Positions 17,452 through 27,256 of a stretch of DNA of 64,000 nucleotides are shown piece after piece. How positions within the stretch are numbered: the first letter of the stretch is position 1; the number at the start of each line of letters is the position of its first letter. This DNA comes from Euryarchaeota archaeon UBA170 (GTDB lineage Archaea > Thermoplasmatota > Poseidoniia > Poseidoniales > Thalassarchaeaceae): positions 11,021 through 75,020 of the forward strand of contig DALF01000019.1 in the NCBI GenBank assembly GCA_002499345.1. The letters are read 5' to 3'. Made by a program: the position numbers and the translations under genes. Under the pieces are notes generated by a model. It saw only the letters and a program-made list of their open reading frames with translations, was not told where the DNA came from and ran no database searches.

Positions 17452-19113
17452 TTACGACTCTGCATTTTCTTGCTGTGTCTTCCTATGGATATAATCCGAG
17501 TAATTTCCTGGCCACACCCAGAGGCTTCCATCTCCCGGTAACTCCCATATTGTGTCACAAATCTTGTCCAAGAAGTACCTGTCATGGCTAACGGTAATGA
17601 TAGCGCCCTCATAATCTCCTAAAGCTTCCTCGAGAGCCTCCTTGGCGTCCGTATCTAGATGATTGGTGGGCTCGTCTAGGAGTAACATGTTATTCTCCCC
17701 CAGTAGTAGTTCGAGTAATGCAATTCTTGCTCTCTCGCCCCCGCTAAGTTTGCCCAGGGGAACAGTAACCATATCCTTGGTGAACTGAAATCTACCCAAT
17801 AGGGACCTAATTTCGCCATAGTCCATCCTAGGCCTTAGGGCTCTGACTTGCTCTACGGGGTTCATATCAAAATTCAGGGACCTATGATCTTGGTGAAAGT
17901 ATCCAATCTGGACTCCTGGCCTTATGTCTATCCTACCCGAGTCGAGTTTGATCTCTCCTGTAATTAGTCTCAATAATGTAGTTTTTCCAGCTCCATTAGG
18001 GCCAACTACTCCTATTTTCTGGCCTCTTCTAATGCCCACTTCAAGTCCGTTGATAATCGGTCTTTTTAGACCTTCAAATATAAGTTTGGCATTATGGAAA
18101 TCTAGAACCTCGAGACTACTCTTCTCGATTGACTTTAGATTGAACTTAAGATTCTGTCTCTGTCTGGGCTTTAGTGATTTGAGCCACTTTAACTCTCTCT
18201 GAGATCGATTGATCATTACGTGTTTTTGAGATACTGATTTATCATATTTATTTGCCCTCTTCATTGATTGCATAGCTCCTAAAAGTCTCTTTATTTCTTT
18301 CTGGGATTTTTCAATTCTATCCTCTAATGTCTGTAAAAATAGTTCTTTTTGATGAAGAAACGATGTGTAATTTCCACTGTATCCCTTCAGATGGGCGTCT
18401 TGGATCTCGACAATATTGTTGCATACACGATCCAAAAAGTATCTGTCATGGCTAACTATCACTAATGCGCCATCAAATGTGTTCAAGAATTTCTCCAACC
18501 AATCAAGGGTGTGGAAATCTAGATGATTGGTTGGCTCATCTAGGAAGAAGACGTCTATCTCCCTCAATCCTACTAACTGTCTAGCGAGTGCTACCTTGGC
18601 CCTCTCTCCACCCGATAATGAAGACAGGGGCATATCCATTGGGTGGTGTGCGAGATCCAATGCCTTCAGAATCTCCTGTGCGTGACCGGCTACATCTCCT
18701 CCGCCGGATCTTGCCATCAGACTCTGAAGTTCCTGATACCTCTCCATAGAGGGTTGCCAGTCACCATCATAGAATCCAGGATCTGCCATCTTTTCCTCTA
18801 TTTCAGAAATCTCATCCTCTAATTCTTGAAACTGTCTTCCCCTTCTGTTTAGCTCCTCCCCTAAGGTCGCCTCCTCTACGATATCGCGTATCTGTGTAAG
18901 AAATGCTAGTCTCAGGCCAGCAGCGTAAGTTACATCTCCAAGATCTTGATCTTGATTACTAATTGTTCTAAGAAGAGTCGTCTTTCCGGCGCCATTATGA
19001 CCGACTACGCCGATTCGATCTCCCTCATCTATCCTAAGGTTAATTCCTTCGAGAACTGTCGATGGGCCGAATGCTCTGTGTACGTCTTCCAGACGGATTA
19101 GCTCTCTTGCCAC
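17452..19113 (-). CDS. ABC-F family ATPase
   Basis: Two ABC domains (GHNGAGKT, GPNGAGKT; LSGGE; LDEPTNHLD; VSHDRYFL) with no TM segments. Confidence 0.95.
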   Translation of the reverse strand: MARELIRLEDVHRAFGPSTVLEGINLRIDEGDRIGVVGHNGAGKTTLLRTISNQDQDLGDVTYAAGLRLAFLTQIRDIVEEATLGEELNRRGRQFQELEDEISEIEEKMADPGFYDGDWQPSMERYQELQSLMARSGGGDVAGHAQEILKALDLAHHPMDMPLSSLSGGERAKVALARQLVGLREIDVFFLDEPTNHLDFHTLDWLEKFLNTFDGALVIVSHDRYFLDRVCNNIVEIQDAHLKGYSGNYTSFLHQKELFLQTLEDRIEKSQKEIKRLLGAMQSMKRANKYDKSVSQKHVMINRSQRELKWLKSLKPRQRQNLKFNLKSIEKSSLEVLDFHNAKLIFEGLKRPIINGLEVGIRRGQKIGVVGPNGAGKTTLLRLITGEIKLDSGRIDIRPGVQIGYFHQDHRSLNFDMNPVEQVRALRPRMDYGEIRSLLGRFQFTKDMVTVPLGKLSGGERARIALLELLLGENNMLLLDEPTNHLDTDAKEALEEALGDYEGAIITVSHDRYFLDKICDTIWELPGDGSLWVWPGNYSDYIHRKTQQENAES

Positions 19114-19202
19114 GGCGGTCCGTAGGGACGGGGGTTGAAGTGCTCATCGGTCTATTAGGCAGTAACAGGAATAGTCATCAATGATGACGATGCTGTGTAT
19201 TC

Positions 19203-20258
19203 GTGGGCGGGATCAAGGAGTACTGGAACTCAAATAGCCGGAGGAGCAAGGTTTTTTCTGTTGCTACAGTGACTTTGTTGCTTCTAGCACCAATAGTTTG
19301 GTTTGGATTGGGTCATGTGATAGCGATGCAAGCTTTGACTTCTCCACATGGTTGCGGCATATGGGAAACCAATACTCCTACCAATTGGACCTCGAATGAT
19401 GATTGGGAGTCGTTCGAGCCATGGCCTGATTCCGATGAAAGGATATCAATGAGGAAGAACTTTGACGTAGTTCCTTGGCAATTTGAGGACTATGAAAACG
19501 TTAGTTTTGAGAGTCGTGATGGCATAAACCTTGCAGCTTGGTACTCAGAAGTTAATGAGTCTGCACCTGTAGTAATCTTAGTTCATGGGGGCTATCTAAA
19601 TGGGAAGTGTAAGCCTGAAGTTATTCTTACAGCTAGTTATCTAGCAGCCGGGGGAATCAATACTTTGATGATTGATCTTAGGAATAACGGCGATAGTGAA
19701 ATTGTATCTGATTATATGTACCTAGGACAAAAGGAATATCTCGATGTCCTGGGGGCATACGATTGGCTAATTGATGAAAAATCCTATTCATCTTCATCCA
19801 TAGGCTTGATAGGGATATCAACCGGAGCTTTGACGGCATCTTTGGCCTTTGGCGATTCAGAGATTCAAGCATTATGGTTGGACAGCGCAATCATTGATTT
19901 TCCAATGCTGGTCGAGAATGAATTGGAGAGGTTGGGCTATCCAAAAATGCTAGCATCTCCGGCTATAACGATGGGAGAGAGAATTATTGGCATTAATCCA
20001 AATGAAGTCCCTCCCGTTACAGCCGCTTCCAAGGCCGGAGATAGGCCAATGTATCTAACGCATGGAGAAGACGATGGGAGAATATCTCCCCAGCACTCAC
20101 AGAAATTCTATGATGAAGCGATTTCCTCGGATGCTAATGTTACATTGTGGATGATTGATGGCAGTGGGCATGTTGATGCCGTTTGGGAGCATCAGATTGA
20201 ATACCAAGAGAGATTGGTTAGCTTCTTCAGTGGGGCGTTGGAAAATAAGATTATATGA
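19203..20258 (+). CDS. Membrane-anchored alpha/beta hydrolase
   Basis: N-terminal TM, VHGG, GISTG nucleophile elbow, HGEDDGRI and GSGH. Confidence 0.88.
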   Translation: MGGIKEYWNSNSRRSKVFSVATVTLLLLAPIVWFGLGHVIAMQALTSPHGCGIWETNTPTNWTSNDDWESFEPWPDSDERISMRKNFDVVPWQFEDYENVSFESRDGINLAAWYSEVNESAPVVILVHGGYLNGKCKPEVILTASYLAAGGINTLMIDLRNNGDSEIVSDYMYLGQKEYLDVLGAYDWLIDEKSYSSSSIGLIGISTGALTASLAFGDSEIQALWLDSAIIDFPMLVENELERLGYPKMLASPAITMGERIIGINPNEVPPVTAASKAGDRPMYLTHGEDDGRISPQHSQKFYDEAISSDANVTLWMIDGSGHVDAVWEHQIEYQERLVSFFSGALENKII

Positions 20259-20712
20259 AATCCTTTGGCCTGATAAAATCGATAAGATTCCATGAATCGC
20301 CTTCCTCTCTGATTAATGCCGCAGAGGCAGTAGGCATGACTTGCAAATTTCCAGTCAGAGATTCCAATAACATCTCACACCCTGGATTATGACCTATTAT
20401 CATTGTAGTTGAGTCATCATCTAGATCCCTTGATATTGATAGCAATACTTGTATGGGGGCAAGATATAATCCAGATGCGAACTCCCTTGGAAGATCAGAA
20501 AATTCGGAACCGAGTGCATCAAAAGTCTGTGTAGTCCTCAAGGAGGTACTAACCAATATCTTATCCGGTTTCCAACCACATCGTAAGATCTCGTTAGCAG
20601 TTGATGGAGCGTCTCTGAGGCCTCTTGAGTCTAGTGGCCTGTCGTGATCTTGTAGATTGGGGGCATCTCTACTGCTATGGGCATGCCTCATAATTACCAA
20701 GCGTCTATTCAT
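20251..20712 (-). CDS. sixA: SixA-like histidine phosphatase
   Basis: MRHAHS, DHDRPL, IGHNPG and MPTAS. Confidence 0.9.
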   Translation of the reverse strand: MNRRLVIMRHAHSSRDAPNLQDHDRPLDSRGLRDAPSTANEILRCGWKPDKILVSTSLRTTQTFDALGSEFSDLPREFASGLYLAPIQVLLSISRDLDDDSTTMIIGHNPGCEMLLESLTGNLQVMPTASAALIREEGDSWNLIDFIRPKDFI

Positions 20713-20715
20713 GAC

Positions 20716-21504
20716 CTATTCCTCGGAGAATTTGGGATCTCTTTTTTCCATGAAGGCTGCAACTCCCTCAGCGAAGTCTGGCGACTGGGCTGAGGATACC
20801 ATCAAGGCTCTCTCAAATTCTAATTGGGTCTCGAAAAATGTGGATGTGGAAGCATCTAGGAGTTGCTTGGTCGATCTACGACTATTTACAGACCATTTTC
20901 CCCAATCTTTTGCAGTCTTTATTGAACGCTCCAGTAGATCTTCAGAAGATGTTACCTCGTCAATAGCCCCAAATGCAAGAGCTTCATTAGCTGACCATAC
21001 CTCATTGTTGAAGAAGAATTTCTTAGCTCTTTGGCTTCCTACAAGCCTTGGGAGTAACCATGTGGTCCCTCCATCTGGAGACGCACCCAATCCGAAGAAT
21101 GCGGCTGCTATCTTTGCTTTTTCTGAGCATATCCTATAGTCTGCGGAGAGAGCTAGTCCAAGTCCGCCGCCGGCCGCCGCACCATTAATAGCGGCAATGA
21201 AGACTGTCTCATTGGCTCTGATTTTTAGGATTAGGGAATGAAGAGAGTTTGTCATTTCACTAACCATGTTTCCTATAGTTCCATCATCTATAGCTTCTGC
21301 AAATTCATCAATAGGCCCTCCGGCACTGAAGAATCTACCAGAACCTGTAAGGATAACTGCCCTACATGAGGGATCTTCCATTAGAGATTCTATTTGTCTG
21401 ACTAATGGCTGGAAGTTTTCTGGATTGAATGTATTTCTAGAAGCTTCCAATGACATAGTCAGGATTGCAACTCCTCCATCTTGACGCTCGACGGTGGAAG
21501 ACAT
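20716..21504 (-). CDS. Enoyl-CoA hydratase/isomerase (PaaG-like)
   Basis: FFSAGG, AINGAAAGGGLGLALSAD, ASPDGGTTWLLPRLVG and DFAEGVAAF. Confidence 0.88.
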   Translation of the reverse strand: MSSTVERQDGGVAILTMSLEASRNTFNPENFQPLVRQIESLMEDPSCRAVILTGSGRFFSAGGPIDEFAEAIDDGTIGNMVSEMTNSLHSLILKIRANETVFIAAINGAAAGGGLGLALSADYRICSEKAKIAAAFFGLGASPDGGTTWLLPRLVGSQRAKKFFFNNEVWSANEALAFGAIDEVTSSEDLLERSIKTAKDWGKWSVNSRRSTKQLLDASTSTFFETQLEFERALMVSSAQSPDFAEGVAAFMEKRDPKFSEE

Positions 21505-21572
21505 GATTGTCGAAGAGGGGCCTCATTATTGAACTCCATGAAGGTGATAAGTATAACCTCACTGGGATGTAC

Positions 21573-22991
21573 ATGATTACACGAGATGCCATATATATCG
21601 GCGGAGAGTGGGTCCCTGCCAGTGGAGAAGAAAAAATTGAGGTCATTAATCCAGCGACAGAGGAGATAATCGGCACTGTGCCTGTTGGCTCAAAAAGTGA
21701 TATAAATGATGCAATTTATGCTGCAAGATCAGCCTTCTCATCGTGGTCTAAATCTAGTATAGAAGTAAGGCAGGGCTATCTAAATGCCATATCTGCCGCT
21801 ATCTCAGAGAGAGGGGAAGAGATTGCAGAGGTAATCACTTCCGAAGTTGGTACTCCCATCAATTATTCAAAAATGGCCATGGTCGGGACCCCTAGGGTAG
21901 TTGCTAGGTCATATGCCAAGATCCTTGACTCATTTGAATGGGAGGAGGAAGTAAGAAATTCATTGATCGTCAAGGAGCCGATTGGCGTGGTCGGCATGAT
22001 AACACCATGGAATTTTCCACTTCATCAGATAGTCGGGAAGGTTGCGCCCGCGCTAGCTTCTGGGTGTACGATGATTCTGAAGCCGTCCAAGGAAGCCCCT
22101 CTAAATGCGTTTATTCTTGCTGATATCATCCATGAGTGCGGAGTTCCTGCAGGAGTATTCAACCTAGTTTCTGGACATGGCAGGGAAATTGGTGAGTCTA
22201 TCTCATCTCATCCTGATGTAGATATGGTGAGCTTTACAGGTTCCACAGCCGCGGGAGTCAGCGTTTCTAAGGCGGCATCAGAAACCGTGAAGAGAGTGAC
22301 TCTAGAGCTCGGTGGAAAGAGTGCGAATATTATCCTCGACGATGCAGACATGGTCAAGGCTGCTAAAATGTCAGTTTATTCTTGTTTCAATAATTCTGGA
22401 CAGGAGTGTTCGTCATTAAGTCGTCTTCTCATTCCATCTAGTCATCGTGATGAGATTATCAAAGTGATTACTTCGACAATGGAGAGATACACCGTTGGAG
22501 ATCCAATGAATGAGTCCATTAAGTGTGGACCAATGGTTTCTCAAAGCCAGCAAGAGTCTGTCAGTGGATATATTTCCAAAGGCATTGCCGAAGGAGCGAC
22601 TTTAATTTCAGGAGGTCTTGGGTCACCGGATGGAATTTCAAAGGGTTTCTTCGTAAAGCCGACTGTTTTCGCAGATGTTACCCCTGAAATGACTATCTTC
22701 AGGGAGGAGATTTTCGGACCTGTACTTTCCATAAGCACCTATGAGACAGAAGAGGAGGCGATAATGATGGCAAATGACTCTGAGTATGGCCTATCTGGTG
22801 GCGTCTGGTCGGGAGACGAGGGGCGGGCTATGCGTGTTGCCATGGAGATGAGGACCGGTCAGGTCAGCATCAATGGAGGTGCCTTCAACATCAGTGCCCC
22901 ATTCGGAGGCTACAAGCTCTCGGGCAATGGAAGGGAGCTTGGTTCCCACGGCCTAGAAGAGTTCCTAGAAATCAAGGCCATCCAGAGATAG
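21573..22991 (+). CDS. Aldehyde dehydrogenase
   Basis: ITPWNFP, SFTGST, LELGGKS, NSGQEC and EEIFGPV. Confidence 0.96.
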   Translation: MITRDAIYIGGEWVPASGEEKIEVINPATEEIIGTVPVGSKSDINDAIYAARSAFSSWSKSSIEVRQGYLNAISAAISERGEEIAEVITSEVGTPINYSKMAMVGTPRVVARSYAKILDSFEWEEEVRNSLIVKEPIGVVGMITPWNFPLHQIVGKVAPALASGCTMILKPSKEAPLNAFILADIIHECGVPAGVFNLVSGHGREIGESISSHPDVDMVSFTGSTAAGVSVSKAASETVKRVTLELGGKSANIILDDADMVKAAKMSVYSCFNNSGQECSSLSRLLIPSSHRDEIIKVITSTMERYTVGDPMNESIKCGPMVSQSQQESVSGYISKGIAEGATLISGGLGSPDGISKGFFVKPTVFADVTPEMTIFREEIFGPVLSISTYETEEEAIMMANDSEYGLSGGVWSGDEGRAMRVAMEMRTGQVSINGGAFNISAPFGGYKLSGNGRELGSHGLEEFLEIKAIQR

Positions 22992-23001
22992 ACTGGTTAG
23001 A

Positions 23002-23853
23002 TCAATTTCCTACCCACTCAGCATCCTTGCGTTCAAGGAATGCTTGAACTCCAATCTCCTTGTCTTCCGTATCGAACAGGGCGACGAATTCTGATCTTTC
23101 AGTCAAAACTCCCTCGCTGAATGGTAGTTCCAGCGAGGCGCGAATCGCCCTCTTGGCAACTTTAGTTGTGTAGGGGGACTTCTTTGCGATGATGTTTGCT
23201 AAATCCATTGTCGACTCTTCGAGTTCCTCTGGCTTTACCACTTTATTCACCAACCCAATTTCGAGAGCGTCTTTTGCATTTATCATCTCTCCTGCTAAAA
23301 CAATCTCCATGGCCTTCCCATATCCAACAAGTCTGGAAAGTCTCTGTGTCCCTCCGCCTCCTGGAATTAGTCCCAAATTTATCTCGGGCTGGCCGAACAT
23401 CGATCTTTCTGAGGCTATTCTAATATCACATGATAGAGCGAGTTCGGTCCCTCCTCCGAGGGCGAAGCCGTCCACCATAGCTATTGTCGGCTTGGACAGG
23501 TTCCAAATCGCTTCCCAGGCGTTGTCTTCGAAAAATGGTCTTACGTCATCCGAGTTCTTACCTGAAAATTCTGAGATATCTGCACCAGCTGCGAATGAGT
23601 GGGGCTTCTTCCTCTTTCCCTCTGGTGGCTCTGATGGCTGTGCCCCTCTGATAATCACACATCTCACTCTATCGTCCGAATCGGCCCTTTTACATTGTTT
23701 TTTTATTGAAAGATGTATTTTTTCGTTTAGTGCATTGAGTTTCTCAGGTCTATTAAGAGTCCATACAGATACCAATCCCCCAGGAGGGCTTGATCCATCA
23801 ATCTCAATATCCGTAACCAACAATACGTCTTCTTCCATGTTTATCGCAGACAT
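23002..23853 (-). CDS. Enoyl-CoA hydratase (crotonase)
   Basis: LNRPEKLNAL, FAAGADI, GFALGGGTE and GQPEINLGLIPGGGGTQRL. Confidence 0.93.
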   Translation of the reverse strand: MSAINMEEDVLLVTDIEIDGSSPPGGLVSVWTLNRPEKLNALNEKIHLSIKKQCKRADSDDRVRCVIIRGAQPSEPPEGKRKKPHSFAAGADISEFSGKNSDDVRPFFEDNAWEAIWNLSKPTIAMVDGFALGGGTELALSCDIRIASERSMFGQPEINLGLIPGGGGTQRLSRLVGYGKAMEIVLAGEMINAKDALEIGLVNKVVKPEELEESTMDLANIIAKKSPYTTKVAKRAIRASLELPFSEGVLTERSEFVALFDTEDKEIGVQAFLERKDAEWVGN

Positions 23854-23871
23854 GGATGTGGTTTCAACGTA

Positions 23872-24816
23872 TCATTGACTGCCATCTGAGTTGACAACGG
23901 GGGGGAGTGGGGGCATACCGGGAGGAGGGAGTGGGGGCATACCGGGAGGAGGGAGTGGGGGCATACCGGGAGGCAAGGGCGTCTGACTCGCTTCTTGAGA
24001 GGGCGTCTCGACCATTGTCTGCCCCTCCTTTTGGGGAATTTCCAAAGGTGATCTGATCATCAAAACTCTGTTTGAGTCTATTCTGAAGTAAGTTATTCCA
24101 AGGGGCTTTCCAGTATCTGGATTTTCAGGTTCTTCAAAGACCTGAATATCATGTTCTCCATCTCTGAGCAATGATGCTAGGTCCTCTCCATCCTCTGCCT
24201 CAGACCACTTCCTAGCCATGGATGCCTTCCTTTCAGCGAGTTTCATCCTTCTTCTTCGCTCGATATCAGAGAGCATCTTCTCCCTTTTCTCTCTTCTCTG
24301 GGCTATGAATCCTTCAATTTCTTCTTCTTCGTCGGAAACTGCGTCTCCCTTGGCAACATATTTCATTGCGATATTAGCACCCTCAGGCATGATTGGAGGG
24401 TCAATTTTGATACCCGTATCATCTGATAGTTGAGCATTTCCTTGGGGAGTCGTGATGACTGGCAGTGAGGGAGGTGGAATCATTACAGGCAAAGGGGGCA
24501 TTGGCATCATTGGAGAAGTGGGTGGCCTTCCACGTGATCTCCTCAATTCGGAGTCTTCTACTTCAGATACCTCTACTGATTCATCCTCTGACAGATTTAT
24601 TTCAGGTTCCAACGGAGGGGAGATTGATTCGGATTTTTCTCGAGTGGGAATGACCATCTTCTCACGGCCGGTAAAAATCAGAAGAGAAGCTAGGGCCAAG
24701 AGAACAGTTCCTCCGGCTATTCTCTGTGTTAAATCGACCTCTCCTTGAAAGGCCAAAAAGAGTATCATGCCTACAATTAGGGCAATCCAATTGATTAGTC
24801 TAGTCAGAGAAACCAT
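23872..24816 (-). CDS. Hypothetical membrane protein with coiled coil and polyproline tracts
   Basis: Two N-terminal TM helices, a Pro-rich linker, a charged coiled coil and a C-terminal (PPPGMPPL)x3. Confidence 0.75.
   Translation of the reverse strand: MVSLTRLINWIALIVGMILFLAFQGEVDLTQRIAGGTVLLALASLLIFTGREKMVIPTREKSESISPPLEPEINLSEDESVEVSEVEDSELRRSRGRPPTSPMMPMPPLPVMIPPPSLPVITTPQGNAQLSDDTGIKIDPPIMPEGANIAMKYVAKGDAVSDEEEEIEGFIAQRREKREKMLSDIERRRRMKLAERKASMARKWSEAEDGEDLASLLRDGEHDIQVFEEPENPDTGKPLGITYFRIDSNRVLMIRSPLEIPQKEGQTMVETPSQEASQTPLPPGMPPLPPPGMPPLPPPGMPPLPPVVNSDGSQ
23903..23973. repeat. 24-bp tandem repeat x3 (coding)
   Basis: GGGAGTGGGGGCATACCGGGAGGA at 23903, 23927 and 23951; encodes PPGMPPLP on the minus strand. 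Confidence 0.95.
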
Positions 24817-24850
24817 GCCACTCCCAGCCTTGACAGGAGGGGGTATAACT

Positions 24851-25444
24851 TCACATTGACGGATGAGTGATGGCTTCAGACAGCGCCTTCAGAGATTTTC
24901 CCCTGTGTGATAATGTTGATTTTTGTGATTTGCTCATTTGTCCGAAAGACAATCCATTTGAGTCATCTGGAAAAAAGATTGGATCATAGCCGAAACCGCC
25001 GTCTCCGCATATATTTTCACCTATCTTTCCTCTGCAGACTCCAGTCGTCACTATTCGAGTACCATTCATCATCAGAACAGTCACCGCTCTGTACTCACAG
25101 TGTCTTTTTCTTTCTTCACTCATTAGTTTTAGAATACCATCAAGTCCAATCGTCTCGAAAACATATGATGAATAGACGCCGGGAAACCCATTTAATGAGT
25201 CTATGAATAGTCCAGAATCCTCGACTAGGATTGCGCAGTTCATAACTTCTGATTCTGATAACATATTAATTGCCTGCTTAGATTTTGAAATGGCTACTTC
25301 CATCAGTTCTGATGACTGTGGTTCAATAAAATCTGGAGGTTGTCCATCAATAATGAGAAGCTCAACGTTGTGCCCTAGTGGCTCTAGATACTCTCTAGCC
25401 TCATCTAACTTTTTTGAATTGCCTGTTGCAAAAATTATTCTCAT
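24851..25444 (-). CDS. rdgB: Non-canonical purine NTP pyrophosphatase (RdgB/HAM1)
   Basis: ATGNSKK, EDSGL, FPGVYS, GFGYDPIF and SHRGKS. Confidence 0.96.
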   Translation of the reverse strand: MRIIFATGNSKKLDEAREYLEPLGHNVELLIIDGQPPDFIEPQSSELMEVAISKSKQAINMLSESEVMNCAILVEDSGLFIDSLNGFPGVYSSYVFETIGLDGILKLMSEERKRHCEYRAVTVLMMNGTRIVTTGVCRGKIGENICGDGGFGYDPIFFPDDSNGLSFGQMSKSQKSTLSHRGKSLKALSEAITHPSM

Positions 25445-25448
25445 TAAA

Positions 25449-26111
25449 CTACCCCATATATCTGACCCGATTCCTGATTTGATTGAACCTAGAAATTACT
25501 GACTCCGGGCTATAAGGAGATTCGGTGGATGACGATTCACTATATCCAATTAGTACGTCCTCAATCCCTTTTTCAAGCTCAGAATGACTCGCTGAAAGAC
25601 ATTCATTCAATACTTGGAGATCCTGTCCCATATGCTCCAGTTCTGCAGAAATCCTAGATAGTCCGAAATCAAGTAATGATATTTTTCCTGTTCCATCAAT
25701 CATGATGTTATGAGTTGTTAAATCTCCATGTGAGAGGCCAAGTTCATGTAGTTCTCTAATTTTTTCACCTATTTTAAACATGTAATCTTCTCCTATTGAG
25801 TCTCCGACTAGTGATTCATAGATTGGGTTTCCTCCAAGTTTAGAAAGTACCATCCAACCCTCCTCATGATTTATCTGAAGGAGTCTGGGTGCAGAGAATT
25901 GAGTAATCTGTAATCTGGAAAGTACCTTGGCCTCTACAGTAATTCTACTCTTCGTCAGCCTGGCATCTAATTCCATATGCCTGTAACCCCTTCTCCTACG
26001 TGACTTGAGTACTGCTGGGATGCCTAGCCATAAGCCTGAAGTTACCCTCGCCTCGGCCCCGATATGAATCATTTCAGACTCTTTCCAATATTGGAAGCAT
26101 GGGCCGGCCAT
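25449..26111 (-). CDS. bud32: KEOPS complex kinase Bud32
   Basis: GAEA, KSR...YRH..LD, HGDLTTHN, DFGL and C-terminal RVRY. Confidence 0.93.
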   Translation of the reverse strand: MAGPCFQYWKESEMIHIGAEARVTSGLWLGIPAVLKSRRRRGYRHMELDARLTKSRITVEAKVLSRLQITQFSAPRLLQINHEEGWMVLSKLGGNPIYESLVGDSIGEDYMFKIGEKIRELHELGLSHGDLTTHNIMIDGTGKISLLDFGLSRISAELEHMGQDLQVLNECLSASHSELEKGIEDVLIGYSESSSTESPYSPESVISRFNQIRNRVRYMG

Positions 26112-26171
26112 GGCTATGGGAGGTCACATACCTTGAAAGCGATTCCACCGAAGCGAACTCTGGAGAAACAT

Positions 26172-27251
26172 ATGGAAATGCCATCAGCGCCTTCGCCAAG
26201 AGGGCTAGTAGTGCCGAAGTTCTTCTCCGAAGAGGAGATTGAATTAGAGGCAAAAAGACTGTTTGAAGCAATAGGCCAGAGCTCCCGATGGAATATGAGA
26301 ATTTGTAGATCAATTTCACCATTGACATTAGAAATTAACCATTTAAAGAAGCAGAAAGATGTTTTTCTGATAGCTCATTCATATCAAACCCCAGACATTG
26401 TCTACGGCGTTGCTGATTCTGTATCCGATAGTTACACTTTGTCTAAAGCAGCACGGGATGCTCCCCAGAGGACCATTCTCTTCTCTAGTGTGAGATTCAT
26501 GGCCGAAACCGCAAAGATTGTCAGTCCTCACAAAACCGTTTTACATCCATCTCCTGATGCCGGCTGCTCATTGAGTGATGGGATTAATGCGGACGATGTG
26601 ATCAAATTAAAGGAGAAATACCCGGGGGTTCCTGTAGCATGCTACATCAATACTACAGCATCAGTCAAGGCAGAATGCGATGTTTGCGTAACTAGTAGCA
26701 ACTATCTGAAAATATGCGAGAGACTCCCGGGAGATAAGGTAATTTTTGTTCCGGATAGATTCATGGGAAAACATATCCAAAAACATCTTCAAGGTAGGAA
26801 AGAAGTGATTATTTTCGATGGAGAATGTGAGGTTCACGCCGAGTTCACTGGGGAAAAGGTAATTTCATGGAGAGAGAGGATGAGTTCTATCGGTATCGAC
26901 CTTCAAGTTCTTGCACATCCGGAATGCGACGCAGGAGTTTTGGAAGAGAGCGACTTTGTCGGAAGTAGTGAGCTTTTGATGAAGGAAGCTATGCGATTAG
27001 CTTCGATAGGGAGTCAGGATATCATGCTAATTACTGAGTGTGGGACAGCTGAGAGAGTACTTGCAGAGAGTGAATATGAGATAAATCTCCTAGGCGCCTG
27101 TGTCATGTGCAGACACATGAAAAGGACTCAACTAGAGGATATCCTACAGGCACTCAGGGACCCCATGCCAGATCAGATAATTGAGATTGATGAAAATATA
27201 ATTAATCGTGCGAGAAAATCACTTGATGAAATGTTCAGACTTGCTGAATAG
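26172..27251 (+). CDS. nadA: Quinolinate synthase
   Basis: AHSYQ, VRFMAETAK, AGCSL, YINT, CVTSSN, CEVH, AHPEC and MCRHMK. Confidence 0.95.
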   Translation: MEMPSAPSPRGLVVPKFFSEEEIELEAKRLFEAIGQSSRWNMRICRSISPLTLEINHLKKQKDVFLIAHSYQTPDIVYGVADSVSDSYTLSKAARDAPQRTILFSSVRFMAETAKIVSPHKTVLHPSPDAGCSLSDGINADDVIKLKEKYPGVPVACYINTTASVKAECDVCVTSSNYLKICERLPGDKVIFVPDRFMGKHIQKHLQGRKEVIIFDGECEVHAEFTGEKVISWRERMSSIGIDLQVLAHPECDAGVLEESDFVGSSELLMKEAMRLASIGSQDIMLITECGTAERVLAESEYEINLLGACVMCRHMKRTQLEDILQALRDPMPDQIIEIDENIINRARKSLDEMFRLAE

Positions 27252-27256
27252 AAGTG

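Noticed and set aside
23903..23973. Possible CRISPR-like direct repeats
   Set aside because: Head-to-tail with no spacers, in-frame within a CDS, and no cas genes in the window.
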